Assembly: GCA_038087875.1 (NCBI GenBank)
Contig: CM075988.1
Span: forward strand, 16,494,001-16,558,000
Length of the DNA: 64,000 nucleotides
Origin: Malacoraja senta
Lineage: Eukaryota
Direction of reading: 5' to 3'
The position numbers and the translations under genes were made by a program. The first letter of the stretch is position 1. The number at the start of each line of letters is the position of its first letter. This document shows positions 1-12,714 of this stretch, piece by piece. The notes beneath the pieces are model-generated. The model did no database searches. It was not told the DNA's origin and saw only the letters and a list, made by a program, of their open reading frames with translations.

Positions 1-977
1 AAACAAGAGAATCGGGAGTCTTGTATTGTCATGCATCCCACAACAGAACAATGAAATTCTTACTTTCATTGCCTTTTCAGTTTACTGCAATTCTTACAAC
101 AGATATGCCAACATAGTACCCTGCAAATACCATCACGAGCAACAAAAAGAAGTTCACTATATATTAAAATAATCAAACAATAATTGTGCAAAGGCAAAAA
201 TAATGCCCGTCAAGTCTATGTAGTTCAGAGCTTGGATGGAGGTTGTGGTGGCCTGACAGTTCCGTAATTTGTGTTTCAGAAAAATGACTCGGATTAAATG
301 TTTTTGTTCAGTTTGACACTTTACTTTGATGTTTTATGAAATAAAATTTGACAGATTTCAAGTTAGATATTTGGAAAGTAATAGAATCTTAAAGAACACG
401 GAGCAATAACTAATAAACTAATAAAGACATTGCAGATCATAAAATCGATCTATGGAATCGAGCAATGGGCAATAAACTCCAAACGTACCAGCAATGTCCA
501 CAACATTGAGAATGAGGCTCTTTTTTTAATAAAAGGACACAGAACCCTGAATTAAACAAATCTCAGGTACAAGGCAAATGCCTTGCGGCAGACACTAAAT
601 TGTCGGTCTGTAAGCGCCCTACACGTGGCGACTATTTGCATACCTTGGCTAGCAAAGAATTTCACTGCGACTTGTCAGTTCTATTCAGGGTATCGGAGCA
701 GCAAATACAGTCTGGTTTTGGAAATAAGGATCGGGTAATGTTCCTGGCAAGACATTTTCTGTGCTTCTACTGTGGCCACAACAGTTTGTCACTATATTTA
801 TTTCCAGGGTTTACGATTCTCCATGTTATTGGAAGTGACTGAATTGCAAACAGTATCTGTGCACTCTGCATCACTGTGGATACTATTGTGCCTGTTAGCT
901 AGTAATGTGTAAGGTGAGCTTCAAACTCAGGATCACAGGTCTGCAGTTCTTTTAGAAGGATTAATTTTTTAGAAGAA

Positions 978-1343
978 TTTGTAAGGATGAGAGGGGATCT
1001 AATATAAAATTCTTAAGGGATTGGACAGGCTAGATGCAGGAGAAACGTTCCCGATGTTGGGGGAGTCCAGAACCAGGGATCACAGTGTAAGAATAAGGGA
1101 TAGGCCATTTAGGACTGAGATGAGGAAAAACGTTTTCACCCAGAGTTGTGAATCTATGGAATTCTCTGCCACAGAAGGCAGTGGAGGCCAATTCACTGGA
1201 TGTTTTCAAGAGAGAGTTAGATATAGCTCTTTGGGCTAATAGAATCAAAGGATATGAGGGGAAAGCAGGAACGTGGTGCTAATTTGGGATGATCAGCCAT
1301 GATCAAATTGAATGGTGGTGCCAGCTCGAAGGGCTGAATGGCC
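978..1343 (+). mobile_element. CR1 LINE 3' fragment
   Basis: LDRLDAG..FPMLGESRTR.HS.RIR and tail GATCAGCCATGATC...GAATGGCC. Confidence 0.9.
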
Positions 1344-2028
1344 AGTCCCACCATCCCAGGAATTAACCTGGTGAACCTACGCTGCACTCCCTCAATAGCA
1401 ATAATGTCCTTCCTCAAATTAGGAGACCAAAATTGCACACAATATTCCAGGTGCGGTCTCACCAGGGCCCTGTACAACTGCAGTAGGACCTCCTTGCTCC
1501 TAAACTCAAATCCTCTCGCAATGAAGGCCAACATGCCATTAGCTTTCTTCACTGCCTGCTGTACCTGCAAGCTTACTTTCAGTGACTGATGTACAAGCAC
1601 ACCCAGGTCTCGTTGCACCTCCCCTTTTCCTAATCTGACACCATTCAGATAATAATCTGCCTTCCTGTTCTTGCCACCAAAGTGGATAACCTCACATTTA
1701 TCCACATTATACTGCATCTGCTATATGCATCTGCCCACTCACCTAACCTATCCAAGTCACCCTGCAGCCTCATAGCATCCTCATCGCAGCTCACACTGCC
1801 ACCCAGCTGTGTGTCATCCACAAACTTGGAGATGTCACATTTAATCCCCTCATCTAAATCTTTAATATATATTGTAAATAACTGAGGTCCCAGCACTGGG
1901 CCTTGCGGCCTGCCATTCTGAAAAGGACCGGTTAATTCCTACTCTTTGCTTCCTGTCTGCCAATCAGTTCTCTATCCAGGTCAATACCCTACCCCCAAAA
2001 CCATGTGCTCTAATTTTGCACACTAATT
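1344..2028 (-). mobile_element. CR1 LINE internal RT fragment
   Basis: ORFs 1217..1717 and 1645..1896 align by eye with 58480-59180. Confidence 0.92.
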
Positions 2029-2626
2029 TTGAACATTAGTTATTTCATTGCAAAGGCCTATGTTGGTGTCTCTTGATTGGAAGCACACTGCTCCACTCTC
2101 CTTGCTTCCTCTCTGAGTGATGGATTAACATCCTGTCTAATGAGAGGCACCTGTTCAAAATGTGCTTTTTTTTTTTAAAGCAAGATATAAATGTCAGAAA
2201 ACCTATTTTAGTTAAATCGGGAGAAGATCGGGTCACAGCTGGTGGTCTGAAGCGGCACCTGGAGGAAGATGCACTGCAAACGTTATCAACCCAACTACTG
2301 AGATGTCCCACGTCACGGCCGTGAAAGGCAGGCTGCGGTTCAATGGGCAGCACACTTCTCGTTGAACCAAGAGCTCGTTGATTCACGTCAACCAAGCACG
2401 AAAACCTGGGGTGATGCTCCCAGTGTGGACCTGCTGGAAGCGCTGCCTCTCAGGTGAGACAGCAACGCAGGGGAATCTTGGGCATTTGAGGGAAATTGGT
2501 TTCTTTGAAGAAAGATTAGCTAATATCTAGAATGTGCTGACAGAGGAGGAGGTGGAATCACATACACTTGAGGAAGCAGGTAGACGTCGCCTAAGTAGAC
2601 GGGGAATAGAAGTCGCTTAAGTAGGC

Positions 2627-2937
2627 AGGGTGGCACGATGACACCGTGGTACAGTTCCTGCCTCACAGTGACAAAGACCCAGGTTCGATCCTGACTACAA
2701 GTGCCATCAGATTCTGTACGGAGTTTGTATTTTCTCCCGGTGACCGCGTGGGTTTTCTCCGGGTGCTCCGGTTTCCTCCCACACTCCAAAGACTGTTGTG
2801 TAGGTTAAATGGCTTCGGTAAAAAAAATTGTAAATTGTCCCTAGTGTGTAGGATGGTGCTAGTGTACGGGGATCACCGTTTGGCGCGGATTCGGTGGGCC
2901 TGTTTCCATGCTGCATCTTTAAACTAAACTAAACTAA
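2627..2937 (+). mobile_element. HE1-like tRNA-derived V-SINE
   Basis: B box GGTTCGATCC, V-domain CCGGTTTCCTCCCACACTCCAAAGAC, LINE-derived tail, (AAACT)n end. Confidence 0.88.
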
Positions 2938-3490
2938 GAAGGATGCGGTCCTAATGTGGTAATAGGCTAGATGGGCATGAGGTCAACATAGGCGTGGTAG
3001 GGTGAAGGGCCTGCTTCTGTGCTGCAAGTCTCTGTGACCACCACACAGAACAGAGTTTGCAAGTTCTCCCTGAGACCGTGCCTATCCTCCACATCCCAAT
3101 GACATGTAGATTTGGAGACAAAAGGAACTTCAGGTGTTGGAATCTTGAGCAAAAAAAAAAACAAAGCACCAGAGGAACTCAATGGGTCAGGCAGCATCTG
3201 TGGAGGGATGGAGTTTCCGATTGGGACCCTCCTGCAGACATGTGGGTTGAGAGGTTAAATGGCTGCTGGGGAATCTGGAGGGGGTGGTGTTCATGGGAAT
3301 CTAATGGGATCAGTGTAGGACTAAGGTGAAATGTGTGCTTGGTGGTCAGTTGGCAGAAGGGTCTGTGTCTATGATATATGACTATAACCTATGACAGAGG
3401 GGTGAGTTGGGGAGACCTGGGATGAATGGGGTTGGATTATGGACAATCCACACCAGATATATTCAGGTCGATGCATTAACAGGATCTTAC

Positions 3491-3521
3491 CTGATCAGCA
3501 TCTCTGCCAGGCTCTTTGCAT
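3491..3521 (-). CDS. DSCAML1: DSCAML1 31-nt coding microexon, start of cytoplasmic tail: (D)AKSLAEMLI(S)
   Basis: Minus strand TTTCTAG|ATGCAAAGAGCCTGGCAGAGATGCTGATCAG|GTAAG; continues the frame of the 7215-7060 exon and matches the DAKSLAEML motif of vertebrate DSCAM-family proteins. Confidence 0.95.
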
Positions 3522-5693
3522 CTAGAAATATTCAAAACAAAACATGATTAGTTTCAGACAAGAAGCACAAAGAGCCGATCTCTTGCCTGCCCCCCGGGGG
3601 CTGTGGTGTCGTTGCCATCAAGAGCTCTGCAATTTAAACAGTGACCCGAGCGAGTGGCGGCAGATTAATCTTGCGCGGTGATTGGCAAGGCTGAGTGGCA
3701 GATTCCTGTCAGAAGCCCTCATGCGGCCAGCTGTCCCAGTGACTTCCCCAGGCACCGCGTTGTGACATTTAAATCGTTTACACTGCCACGGATCTTTGAC
3801 ATCCCGTTCCAGTGCGTTCCCCATTCCCTCCCCCCGGCCTGCTGAGGTGTGTGTGTGCACACAGCAGACATTGAATGCTGGCAACCTGATCCCAGGCTTG
3901 GGTGCTGGGGCTCGGAGGTGAGGAGAGAGATGCAGAGGAAGCCGCTGCTGATCGGACATCAGGAAGAACTGAGCATCGGTTTATGAGCTGATTGGTAATA
4001 GAGACAAAATAGAAACAAGATGGAGATTAAAAAAAAGAACTCCAGGTGCTGGAATCTGAAGCAAAACACAAAGTGTTCGGGGAATGCAACGGGCCAGGAA
4101 TGCAGCATCTGTGGGGGGAATGGACAGACGATGTTTTGGGTTGGATCCTTCTTTAGATTCTAAAATAAGCAAGATATATGGAGCCACAGAAATGTATTGA
4201 TATAGAAGGGGAGATTCAGATTCAGTCTGAATCTGACTGGTTTGCCTTCTCACTCGCTACCCTCCTTTCCCAGTTCTTTTATTCTTTTATTCAGCTCCAT
4301 TAACTCATGGACTGAATGATCTTGTTTACAATTAACACCATGGCAACACGGACCATACCTTCTCAGATATATGCCCTTCAGGACGTGTCCCTTTAAGGGC
4401 ATCTTTCTCCCCCACCACCTCTGCAACTTGAAACCAATTTGTTTTCTCTCTTTGCCTTTTCAGATGAAGGGTTTACATCCTGAGATGTTAACTGTTTCTC
4501 CTTCCAGAGCCATTGCCTGACCTGCTTTCTGTGTGTATTGTAGGGAAGTATCACAGATGAAGGGGATCACTCCGCTTCTGTTGGCTCATCCATGTGTGAG
4601 AGAGACTCTGCTGTCGTCCCCTCAACATTTCCAACTGTCTATCCTGCCTCTGCCGTTCTACCTGGCCGTCCAACTCAAATTGCTGCCACCCACCCAGGGG
4701 GGGGGAGGCTTTCTCCGCCATCTGTACCACCGCAGTGACGCTTTAACGAGACTGGGCTCTTATTAAATCTCAGCCTGACTCGCTCCCTGTGCACCTGGCA
4801 AATATAACAGAGAATAAGCGCGTAGAAAGGAACTGCAGAGGCTGGTTTATAGCAGAGATAGACACAAAGTGCTGGAGTAACTCAGCGAGTCAGGCAGCAT
4901 CTCTGGGGAATCGGGACGGGTGATGTTTCAGGTCGGGACCTGCATGGTCTGAAGAAGGGTCCTGACCCGAAATGTCACCAATCCTATTTCTCCAGAGATG
5001 CTGCCTGACCCGCTGAGTCACTCCAGCACGTTGTGTGTCTCTTACACTGAATCACTGCAGGTCCATGCAGAATTCATAAAACACAATGAGATGGACTATA
5101 TTGGGAGATTGTCAAAGATCTAACGAGTATGATTAAACAAAATTAGGGCGAACAAAACTTTATTTGAGTTCTATCCACTAAATAGACAGCACATTAGATT
5201 GCAGCTTCTTCCTGAAGAGAGGAAAAATCCAGGAGATTTTTGTTCAAACAAATGTTAAATTAGTATTCTAAGAATCAGAAAGTATTATGGCACAGATGGA
5301 GGCCATTCAGCCCATCATTTTCATGCCAGGCGAGAAAGCTATTCAGACTAATTTTGCTGCCGTGCTCTGTGCTTGTAGCTCCATCAAGAGTTGACAAAGA
5401 GCAATTAAAGGATGTGAAAATGAACAAGTAATATCATTCAATTGTTTCTTTCTTGTAAAATATTTCCACATGTTGCATTTTCCCAGAGGTCTTTCTCAAA
5501 GGCAACGTCTTCATGTCTTGAATGATACCAAGGGTTTTGACTGTGCAACTGCCCCCGTCATTCAGTTCAAAGCCGCTGCAATGTTCCTTCTCAATCACCT
5601 GTATAAATGTACCAGTGATCCATATCGGGCATGGGCAAGTACCAGAGAAGGTCCTTGGGTGCAGTCAGGGCCAGTAACGGAGCCTGCCGAACA

Positions 5694-5978
5694 GGGCGGC
5701 ACAGTGGCACAGCGGAAGAGATGCTGCCTTACAGCGCCAGGGACACGGGTTTGATCCTGACCACGGGAACGGAGTTTGAATGTTCTCCCTGTGATTACGT
5801 GGGTTTCCTCCGGGCACCCTGGATCCCTCCCACATTCCAAAGACGTACACGTTTGTAGGTTGATAAGCTTTGGTAAAAATTGTAAATTGTCCCTAGTGTG
5901 TCGGATAGTGCCAATGTACGGGGTGACCGCTGGTCAGCGCAGACTCGATGGACCGAAGGGTCTGTCTCCGTGCTGTAT
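5694..5978 (+). mobile_element. HE1-like V-SINE
   Basis: Same head, V-domain and tail. Confidence 0.85.
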
Positions 5979-6668
5979 GAAGTTTGTAAACCTTGGATTG
6001 TATTCTCTGGAGCACGGGAGATTGAGAGGAGGCCTGATGGGAGTATGTAATATTATTGGAGGGATACATTGAGTAGACATTCAGAGAGTGCTTTTCACAG
6101 GGTGGAGAGGTCAAAGACTAGACAGCATTGCTTTAAAGTCAGAAGGGAAGACTTTAAAGGAGCTGTGTGGGACAAGATAATTATGTAGAGAGTGGTGGGT
6201 GCCTGGAGTCTGCTGCCAGGGGTGGTGGTGGAGGCAGATATGATCTTGGTTATTCAAGGCTTTTACTTAGGCACATGGGTACACAGGGAATGGAAGGATA
6301 TGGGATCACATACACGCAGAAGGGATTAGTTGCAGATAGAATTATGTTGGGCATTATGTTGAGCACAGACGTTGTGGGCCGAAGGGCCTGTTCCTGTGCT
6401 GCGCTGTTCTATGTTCCACAAGTGTCATGGAATATGGGGTGCAGAGAGGTTTATGGAAGTTAGTTCCCATTATTCCAGTGGATAATGGAACTGAAGGATT
6501 CACTGATCGATTTCAGGGTGTCAGGAGTTATGGGGAGAAGGCAGAAGAATGAGATCGAGAGGGAATGATAGTTCATCATGGTTGAATGGACCTAGTGGCC
6601 TAATTCTGCTCCTGGAACCTATGAACCTATTTCTGTTTCCATGTTTCAAAAGATCCATCAGAGCAACA

Positions 6669-6990
6669 CGGGCGGCACAGTGGCGCAGCGGTAGAGTTGC
6701 TGCCTTACAGTGCTTGCAGCGCCAGATACTGGGTTCGAACCTGACTATGGGTGCTGTCTGCACGGAGTTTGTACATTCACCCTGTGACCACGTAGGTTTT
6801 CTCCGAGATCTCCGGTTTCCTCCCACACTCCAATGACGTACAGGTTTGTAGGTTAATTGGCTCGGTAGAAATGTAAATTGTCCCTTTTGTGTGCAGGAGA
6901 GTGTTAGTGTGCGGGGATCACTGGTCGGTGCGGACTCGGTGGGCTGAAGGGCCTGTTTCCGCGCTGTATCTCTGAGCTAAACTAAACTAA
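6669..6990 (+). mobile_element. HE1-like V-SINE, well preserved, ending 70 bp from the TM-exon donor
   Basis: A box TGGCGCAGCGG, B box GGTTCGAACC, V-domain, (AAACT)n. Confidence 0.9.
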
Positions 6991-7059
6991 GCTTGCAAGC
7001 ATCCCACCAATATTTAGGTCCAGATCATTTGCTGACGTTCCCCATCCATCCCTGCTCAC

Positions 7060-7215
7060 CACGCAGTCTCTTCAGCCGCTTTTCCTTGCGTTTCTTCCGG
7101 AAAATAAACAGGAGCGCCACGGCAACGGTTGCCAGGATCACAGGACAAGCAATGGTGAACAACTTCTTCACATCATCCCCCTCGCCTTGCATCGACTTGA
7201 TCGGTGGGATCGTGC
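7060..7215 (-). CDS. DSCAML1: DSCAML1 transmembrane exon: (S)TIPPIKSMQGEGDDVKKLFTIACPVILATVAVALLFIFRKKRKEKRLKRLR
   Basis: TTTCAG acceptor and GTGAG donor, 156 nt, phase 1-1; hydrophobic helix followed by basic cluster; GEGDDVKKLFTI and RKKRKEKR are DSCAML1-type rather than DSCAM-type. Confidence 0.96.
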
Positions 7216-8368
7216 CTGAAATATTAGAACAAGGAAGAGAAGCGGAAATAAATCAAAATTTTGATAAGATTCAGCTGGAGGTTTACAGGGGGCCATGAAC
7301 TGTAACAGTGGCGTTGAGACGGGTTACAATTGCCTTAGGCCTGAAATCAGATTACTGCATTTACTTCAGTGATTTTTTAATTATTTATAACGAACACATT
7401 TGTTATTTATAGATGACATAAAAATGAAATGGTTCCTCTCAGTCATCAAGTGAAGCATCCACTGGGTCTCGAAGATCTCATTTATACTGATTCATGGATG
7501 TTGAGGTGAAAAAGATGTTAAGATTAAAGTAGCGATAACAATTTGTGCCCATATTTCACCTCTAAGGCTGCAAAATGTCCTTTGGAAGGAGGAGGATGAT
7601 ACATACCTCAAATATTTGTCCCAAAATGGCTGCCGATTCTGTAGTGATTGGAGAATTCTCAACTATTCCTCTGGCAGTTCGGTCTACGTACCCACCACAC
7701 TCTGTGTGGAAAAAGTTGCCCCCCTCATGTTTCCATTAAATCTTTCCTCTCTTAACTTAAACGTATGCCCTCTTATTTTTGATTCCGCTAAATTGGGTAA
7801 AAGAGTCTGTGCATTCACCCTATCTATTCCCTCGTGATTTAAGACACTATTTCTCTTCACTATAATTTACTAAATCTGAACCAACTAAACCTATGCCTTC
7901 TAGTTCTTGATTCCTCTACTCTGGGAAAAGGGCATTTATTCACTATTTATCGCCCTTATGATTTTGTCCACCTCTATAAGATCAACCCTCAGCCTTCTGT
8001 GCTCTGGGGAACAGAGTTCTAGACTGCCCAACCTCTCCCTTAAGCTCAGGGCCTTGAGTCCAAGCATATTCTAGTAAATCTTCTTTGCTCTCCGACCAGC
8101 TTCATGGCATTTTTTCCTGCAGCAGGGTGACTAAAACTGAACAGAGTACTCCATAAAAGGGAGCCTCATCAACATATCACCAACTCATCCCACTGCAAGC
8201 ACCAATTTGTGTTCTTAGTCAAAAGGCAGATTTATTGTTAAATATCCTTTATCCATATATTTCATAACAATTGAAATGTAATTCCTTGTGGCCTCCCATT
8301 GTGGAATGACCATTGCTGGGATACCCAATAAGATAATATATGGTAATTATTTGAGAGAGAAAGAGAGT

Positions 8369-9410
8369 GGGGCGGCACGGTGGCGCTGTGGTAGAGTTGC
8401 TGCCTTACAGCACCAGAGACTTGACTTCAATCCTGACCACGGGTGCTGCCTGTACGGAGTTTGTACATTCTCCCTGTGACCAAGTGTGTTTTCAATAAAC
8501 AATAGGCAATAGGTGCAGGAGTAGACTAGGCTTGTATTCACTGGAGTTTAGAAGGATGAGGGGGAACCTTATAGAAACATATAAAAGTATAAAAGGACTG
8601 GACAAGCTAGATGGAGGAAACATGTTTCCAATGTTGGGCGAATCCAGAACCAGGGGCCACTGTCTTAGAATAAAGGGGAGGCCATTTAAGACTGAGGTGA
8701 GAAAAAACGTTTTCACCCAGAGAGTTGTGAATTTGTGGAATTCCCTGCCACAGAGGGCAGTAGAGGCCAAATCACTGGATGGATTTAAGAGAGAGTTAGA
8801 TAGAGCTCTAGGGGCTAGTGGAATCAAGGGATATGGGGAGAAGGCAGGCACGGGTTATTGATTGGGGACGATCAGCCATGATCGCAATGAATGGCGGTGC
8901 TGGCTCAAAGGGCCGAATGGCCTCCTCCTGCACCTATTTTCTATGTTTTTATGTTTCTATGAGTGGGCCATTCAGCCCTTCAAGCCAGCACTGCCATTCA
9001 ATGTGATCATGGCTGATCATCCACAATCGGTACCCTGTTCCTGCCTTCTCCCCATATCCCATGACTCCGCTATCTTCAAGAGCCCTATCTAGCGCTCTCT
9101 TGAAAGTATCCAGAGAACCGGCCTCCACCGCCCTCTGAGGCAGAGAATTCCAGACTCACAACTCTCTATGTGAAAAAGTGTTTTCTCATCTCCGTTCTAA
9201 ATGGCTTTCCCCTTATTCTTAAACTGTGGCCCCAGGTTGCTCTGGTTTCCACCCACATTGAAAAGATGTACAGGTTTGTAGGTTAATTGGCCTCTCTAAA
9301 TTGGCCCTTGTGTGTAGGATAGAACTAGGATACAGGTGATCGCTGGTTAGCCTTGACCCGATGGGACGAAGGGCCTGTTTCCACGCTGTATCCCTAAACT
9401 AAATTAATCT
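8369..9410 (+). mobile_element. HE1-like V-SINE split into 8369-8491 and 9235-9410 by nested CR1 fragments
   Basis: Head and V-domain/tail halves are collinear with the intact copy at 6669-6990. Confidence 0.85.
8525..8960 (+). mobile_element. Young CR1 3' fragment nested in an oppositely oriented CR1 tail (8493-8524 plus 8961-9234)
   Basis: ORF 8532..8861 is uninterrupted to GYGEKAGTGY; ends in CTATGTTT repeats. Confidence 0.9.
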
Positions 9411-10065
9411 AAACAAAACAGGGGTGAGAGAGGATGTCAGCACCACATCAACACTGGCCCAGATCATCAACGTATTCTATTTAATTCTTGCTCCCATGTT
9501 AATCCACTTCTCCTTGGCCCCCACTCCCGGAATCAGTGAGCTCTACTCTCTCTGAGCGAAGAACCTCCTTTGACTGGAATTATTGGTGACTTGCAGATTT
9601 GAGGAGCGTGAGTGGGGAAGGTTCAGCGCTGGTGAAAAGAGAGATTTATTAGTCGGCTCACCCTGAGGCTCTGCACGCACTGACAGATGGGCTGGCAGCT
9701 TTGGTTCTGCTGATGAGCGAATTAAAACACAGAGGAAAGCGCCCAGTCAGCTGGAGAGACCAAGTCCTATTACTGTGCAAGCCTGCTATTTTCTCTCCCC
9801 GCACCGCCTCCTCCTGACTCTGCCAGATCTGTGCTGTAATAGTGCCAGTCAGGTAAAGGTTGCTCTCTGCTTGCCTGTCGGCTCAAAGCACATCGTCACC
9901 TGCCTCTGCCAACGACTTCACCCACCCCCCTCAGGCTCAACCCCCATGCACCAGTCCGCATTTGTTGCTCCACGCTCGGAGAGACATGTCATAATAACCT
10001 CCCACTGCCCCCAAGCTCCCATAGCAAGGGCCAAGACCCATGCTGACTCTGTGGGTCACTGCATT

Positions 10066-10257
10066 CAAAATGGTCCCCCTGTGCACTTTGGCCTGTGGGC
10101 TACTAAAATGGCTCCCCCTGTGCACAGTGGCCCATGGGTTATCAAAATGCCCCCCTCCCCCCCTATGTATTGTGGTCTGTGGGCTACCAATATGGGTCCC
10201 CCCTGTACACTGCCATCCTTGGGCTATCAAAATGGTTCCGCCTTGTGCACTGTGGCA
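10066..10257. repeat. Degenerate minisatellite, about 40-bp unit, about 5 copies (CAAAATGGYYCCCCCTGTGCACTGTGGCCYGTGGGCTAY)
   Basis: Recurrent AAAATGG, TGTGCAC and TGGGCTA at about 40-bp spacing. Confidence 0.85.
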
Positions 10258-12426
10258 GGCCAGGCAGAGATGATTCAAGTGCACCCTCACTCCACTCTTA
10301 GTCCCATTGTGCCTCCTGTCCATGGCATGTGTCATGGCTATGGGGTTATTTCGCCCGATCTTCTTTAAGATGATTTTTTTCTGTAGATGCTGCCTGACCT
10401 GCTGATTTTGTCCCCCGCATTTTCTGTTTTATTTCAGTATCTGAACTTATCTTTGATTTGCATGTTTATGTAGAATTGATGCCTAGAAACCAGACAATGG
10501 ACCCCACAGATCATCGCTGGTGTTTATGGTCCAGACATGCCATTGGGAAGTCTAGTCTTCCCATCCCAATTCATTACCCACATTCTTGGATCTACTGCAC
10601 CCTCATGGATGCGTTGACTTTCTTTTTCAGGAGTCACTGCTTCCCTTGTTTGCTTTGTTAGTTCAAGGGTTGAGCATCACACTTATTGCCCATCCTTGAC
10701 TGCCATGCAGAATGGGATGGGGTGCCCACAACTGAGAGCTTCAGCATGCCTTGCCAGAGGGGAAGTGAAGGGTTAACCATTTCGCAACATGGTCACATAA
10801 AGGCCAGTCTGAGCATATTGGTCAAATTTCCTTTCCTGAGGGACATCGGAGAACCAAAGTCCTTGGTATTCGCTGATACATATGAACACTCCGATCCCCA
10901 GCTCCACTGCACGCCGACCATTGATATTCCGCTGCTTTCCAGCGCAAGAATCAATTGCGGTCCATCTCGGCCACATATCTTGGATATGGGGGGAAAGCAG
11001 GAACGGGGTACTGATTTTGGAAGGTCAGCCATGATCATATTGAATGGCGGTGCTGGCTCGAAGGGCCGAATGGCCTACTCCTGGCACCTATTGTCTATGT
11101 TTCTATCTCCTGGCAGACAACATTGAGTGGGCACCGCAGGAGTGGGCTCTGGGAGAGATGCGCGATCCTTGCCCACACTCACAGTAATACGCAGCCAAGC
11201 TCATGAGTATCGGGTCCGTGGATAGTAAGTCAATGGATAACGAGGTGTAAGTGTAGATTTTTACAACAATATGGTAATCTCACTGTCACCATTACTAATA
11301 TTAGTTTCTGAAATTCAGGTTATTTAATTAACTGAAATAAAAAATTCTTCCAACTCCCTGGTGGGATTTAAACTCAGGTTTTGGCTGTCAAGCCTCTGAA
11401 TTACTAGTCTAGTAACTTAACCACCATGTTCCCAGTGGTGTGCTATTTAAAAAAAAATCTATAATTCTTATTAACTATACATCCAGCACTGCCTGGACAT
11501 CATCACTACACAGTGAGGGATGAACCTGATGTCATTTATGTTACATTTATTTTAGTGTGAAAATGATTAACCCTCTTTTTTACAGTCATGGTCATTGGAT
11601 GGGCAATGTGACACTAAGAGGGTCGTTGGTTCTAACGGAAGAACATTCAATGTCTACCAGAGACTAGGGAGAGAGGATCTAAAAACAATCAAAAAGTAAC
11701 AGCAGATGCTGGATATCTGAAATAAAAGTGGAAACTGCTGGAAACACTCAGCAGATCAGGCAGCATCTGTGGAGAGAGAAAAATAGAGTAACTGATCTGA
11801 AATGTTGGCTTGGTTTCTCTCTCCACAAGTTCTGCCTGACCTACTGTTTATTTTTGCTATTTTCGGTTTGCGTTGAAGTTTATACTTATGCGTATCATTT
11901 TGTTTATGTTATAAGGCCCACCACCGATTTTTCCAGTACACTTGGTTCCAGAACCTTTCTGGATTATCCGTTTTGCCGGACCAACAGATGTCCACGGCCT
12001 CCGAGTGGAATCAAACGGTACCGGAACTGTCTGCCTCGGCCGCCGAAGGACCGAGACACCGGCCCGCAAAGTCAGCCTCGGAAGTCGGCTATGGGAACGG
12101 ATCTGCCGGTGCAGTTTGGCTGTGCAACAGCAAAGAGTTGGGCCGAATGGCCTTTTATCACATCAACATATTATGGCTCAAAAGTTACACGGAGGAATGA
12201 GGCAAGGGGAGATTTAGGGGAAGAAATGGAGGCACAAGAGACTGCTGATGCTGGGATCTGGAGCAGAGAGGAAAGTTGCAGATGTGTTTTAGTTAGATGT
12301 TGTGGGGGTATCATTTTATTCAGGTGCCCGGTTCCCTTTTCATTAACCTCAAGGAATAGAATTGCCAAGAATGCAATGAGAAGCCAGTAGAGTAAAAGGT
12401 AAGTGGCCCTTCTTCCCATGACTTAC

Positions 12427-12714
12427 TTCCATCATGATCTAGGGTGGCAAACTGCGTGGTTTCATTGCCACAACCTGCACTGTTACAGGCTCGCATCTTC
12501 AACTCATACCAAGTGGCCTCTCGCAGGTCCTGCAGGAAGATCCCGTTGGATAGGTTGGTCCTCAAGGTAACCCAGGGCCATGTGCCTTTGGGACGGTAGT
12601 CCATGATGATAGCCGTGATGGGGCAGCCCCCATTGTTCCACCCCTGGAGGTTAAGCCTGGCGTGGCTGGCGTTGATGTGCGTAAAGAGGTGGGTATCTTT
12701 GTTGAACGCAGGTT
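12427..12714 (-). CDS. DSCAML1: DSCAML1 exon, membrane-proximal fibronectin type III domain: (E)PAFNKDTHLFTHINASHARLNLQGWNNGGCPITA...ATWYELKMRACNSAGCGNETTQFATLDHDG
   Basis: CTCTAG acceptor, GTAAGT donor, 288 nt, phase 1-1; overlaps ORF 12320..12604. Confidence 0.97.

Noticed and set aside
6669..6750. tRNA gene
   Set aside because: A and B boxes belong to the SINE head; no full cloverleaf, and it runs into the V-domain and LINE tail. The same holds for the other SINE copies.
9775..10368. 197-aa protein-coding gene
   Set aside because: Openness is largely explained by a stop-poor minisatellite; no recognisable domain; non-ATG start.
11728..12390. 220-aa protein-coding gene
   Set aside because: Chimeric across repeat fragments and a GC-rich patch; no domain; non-ATG start.
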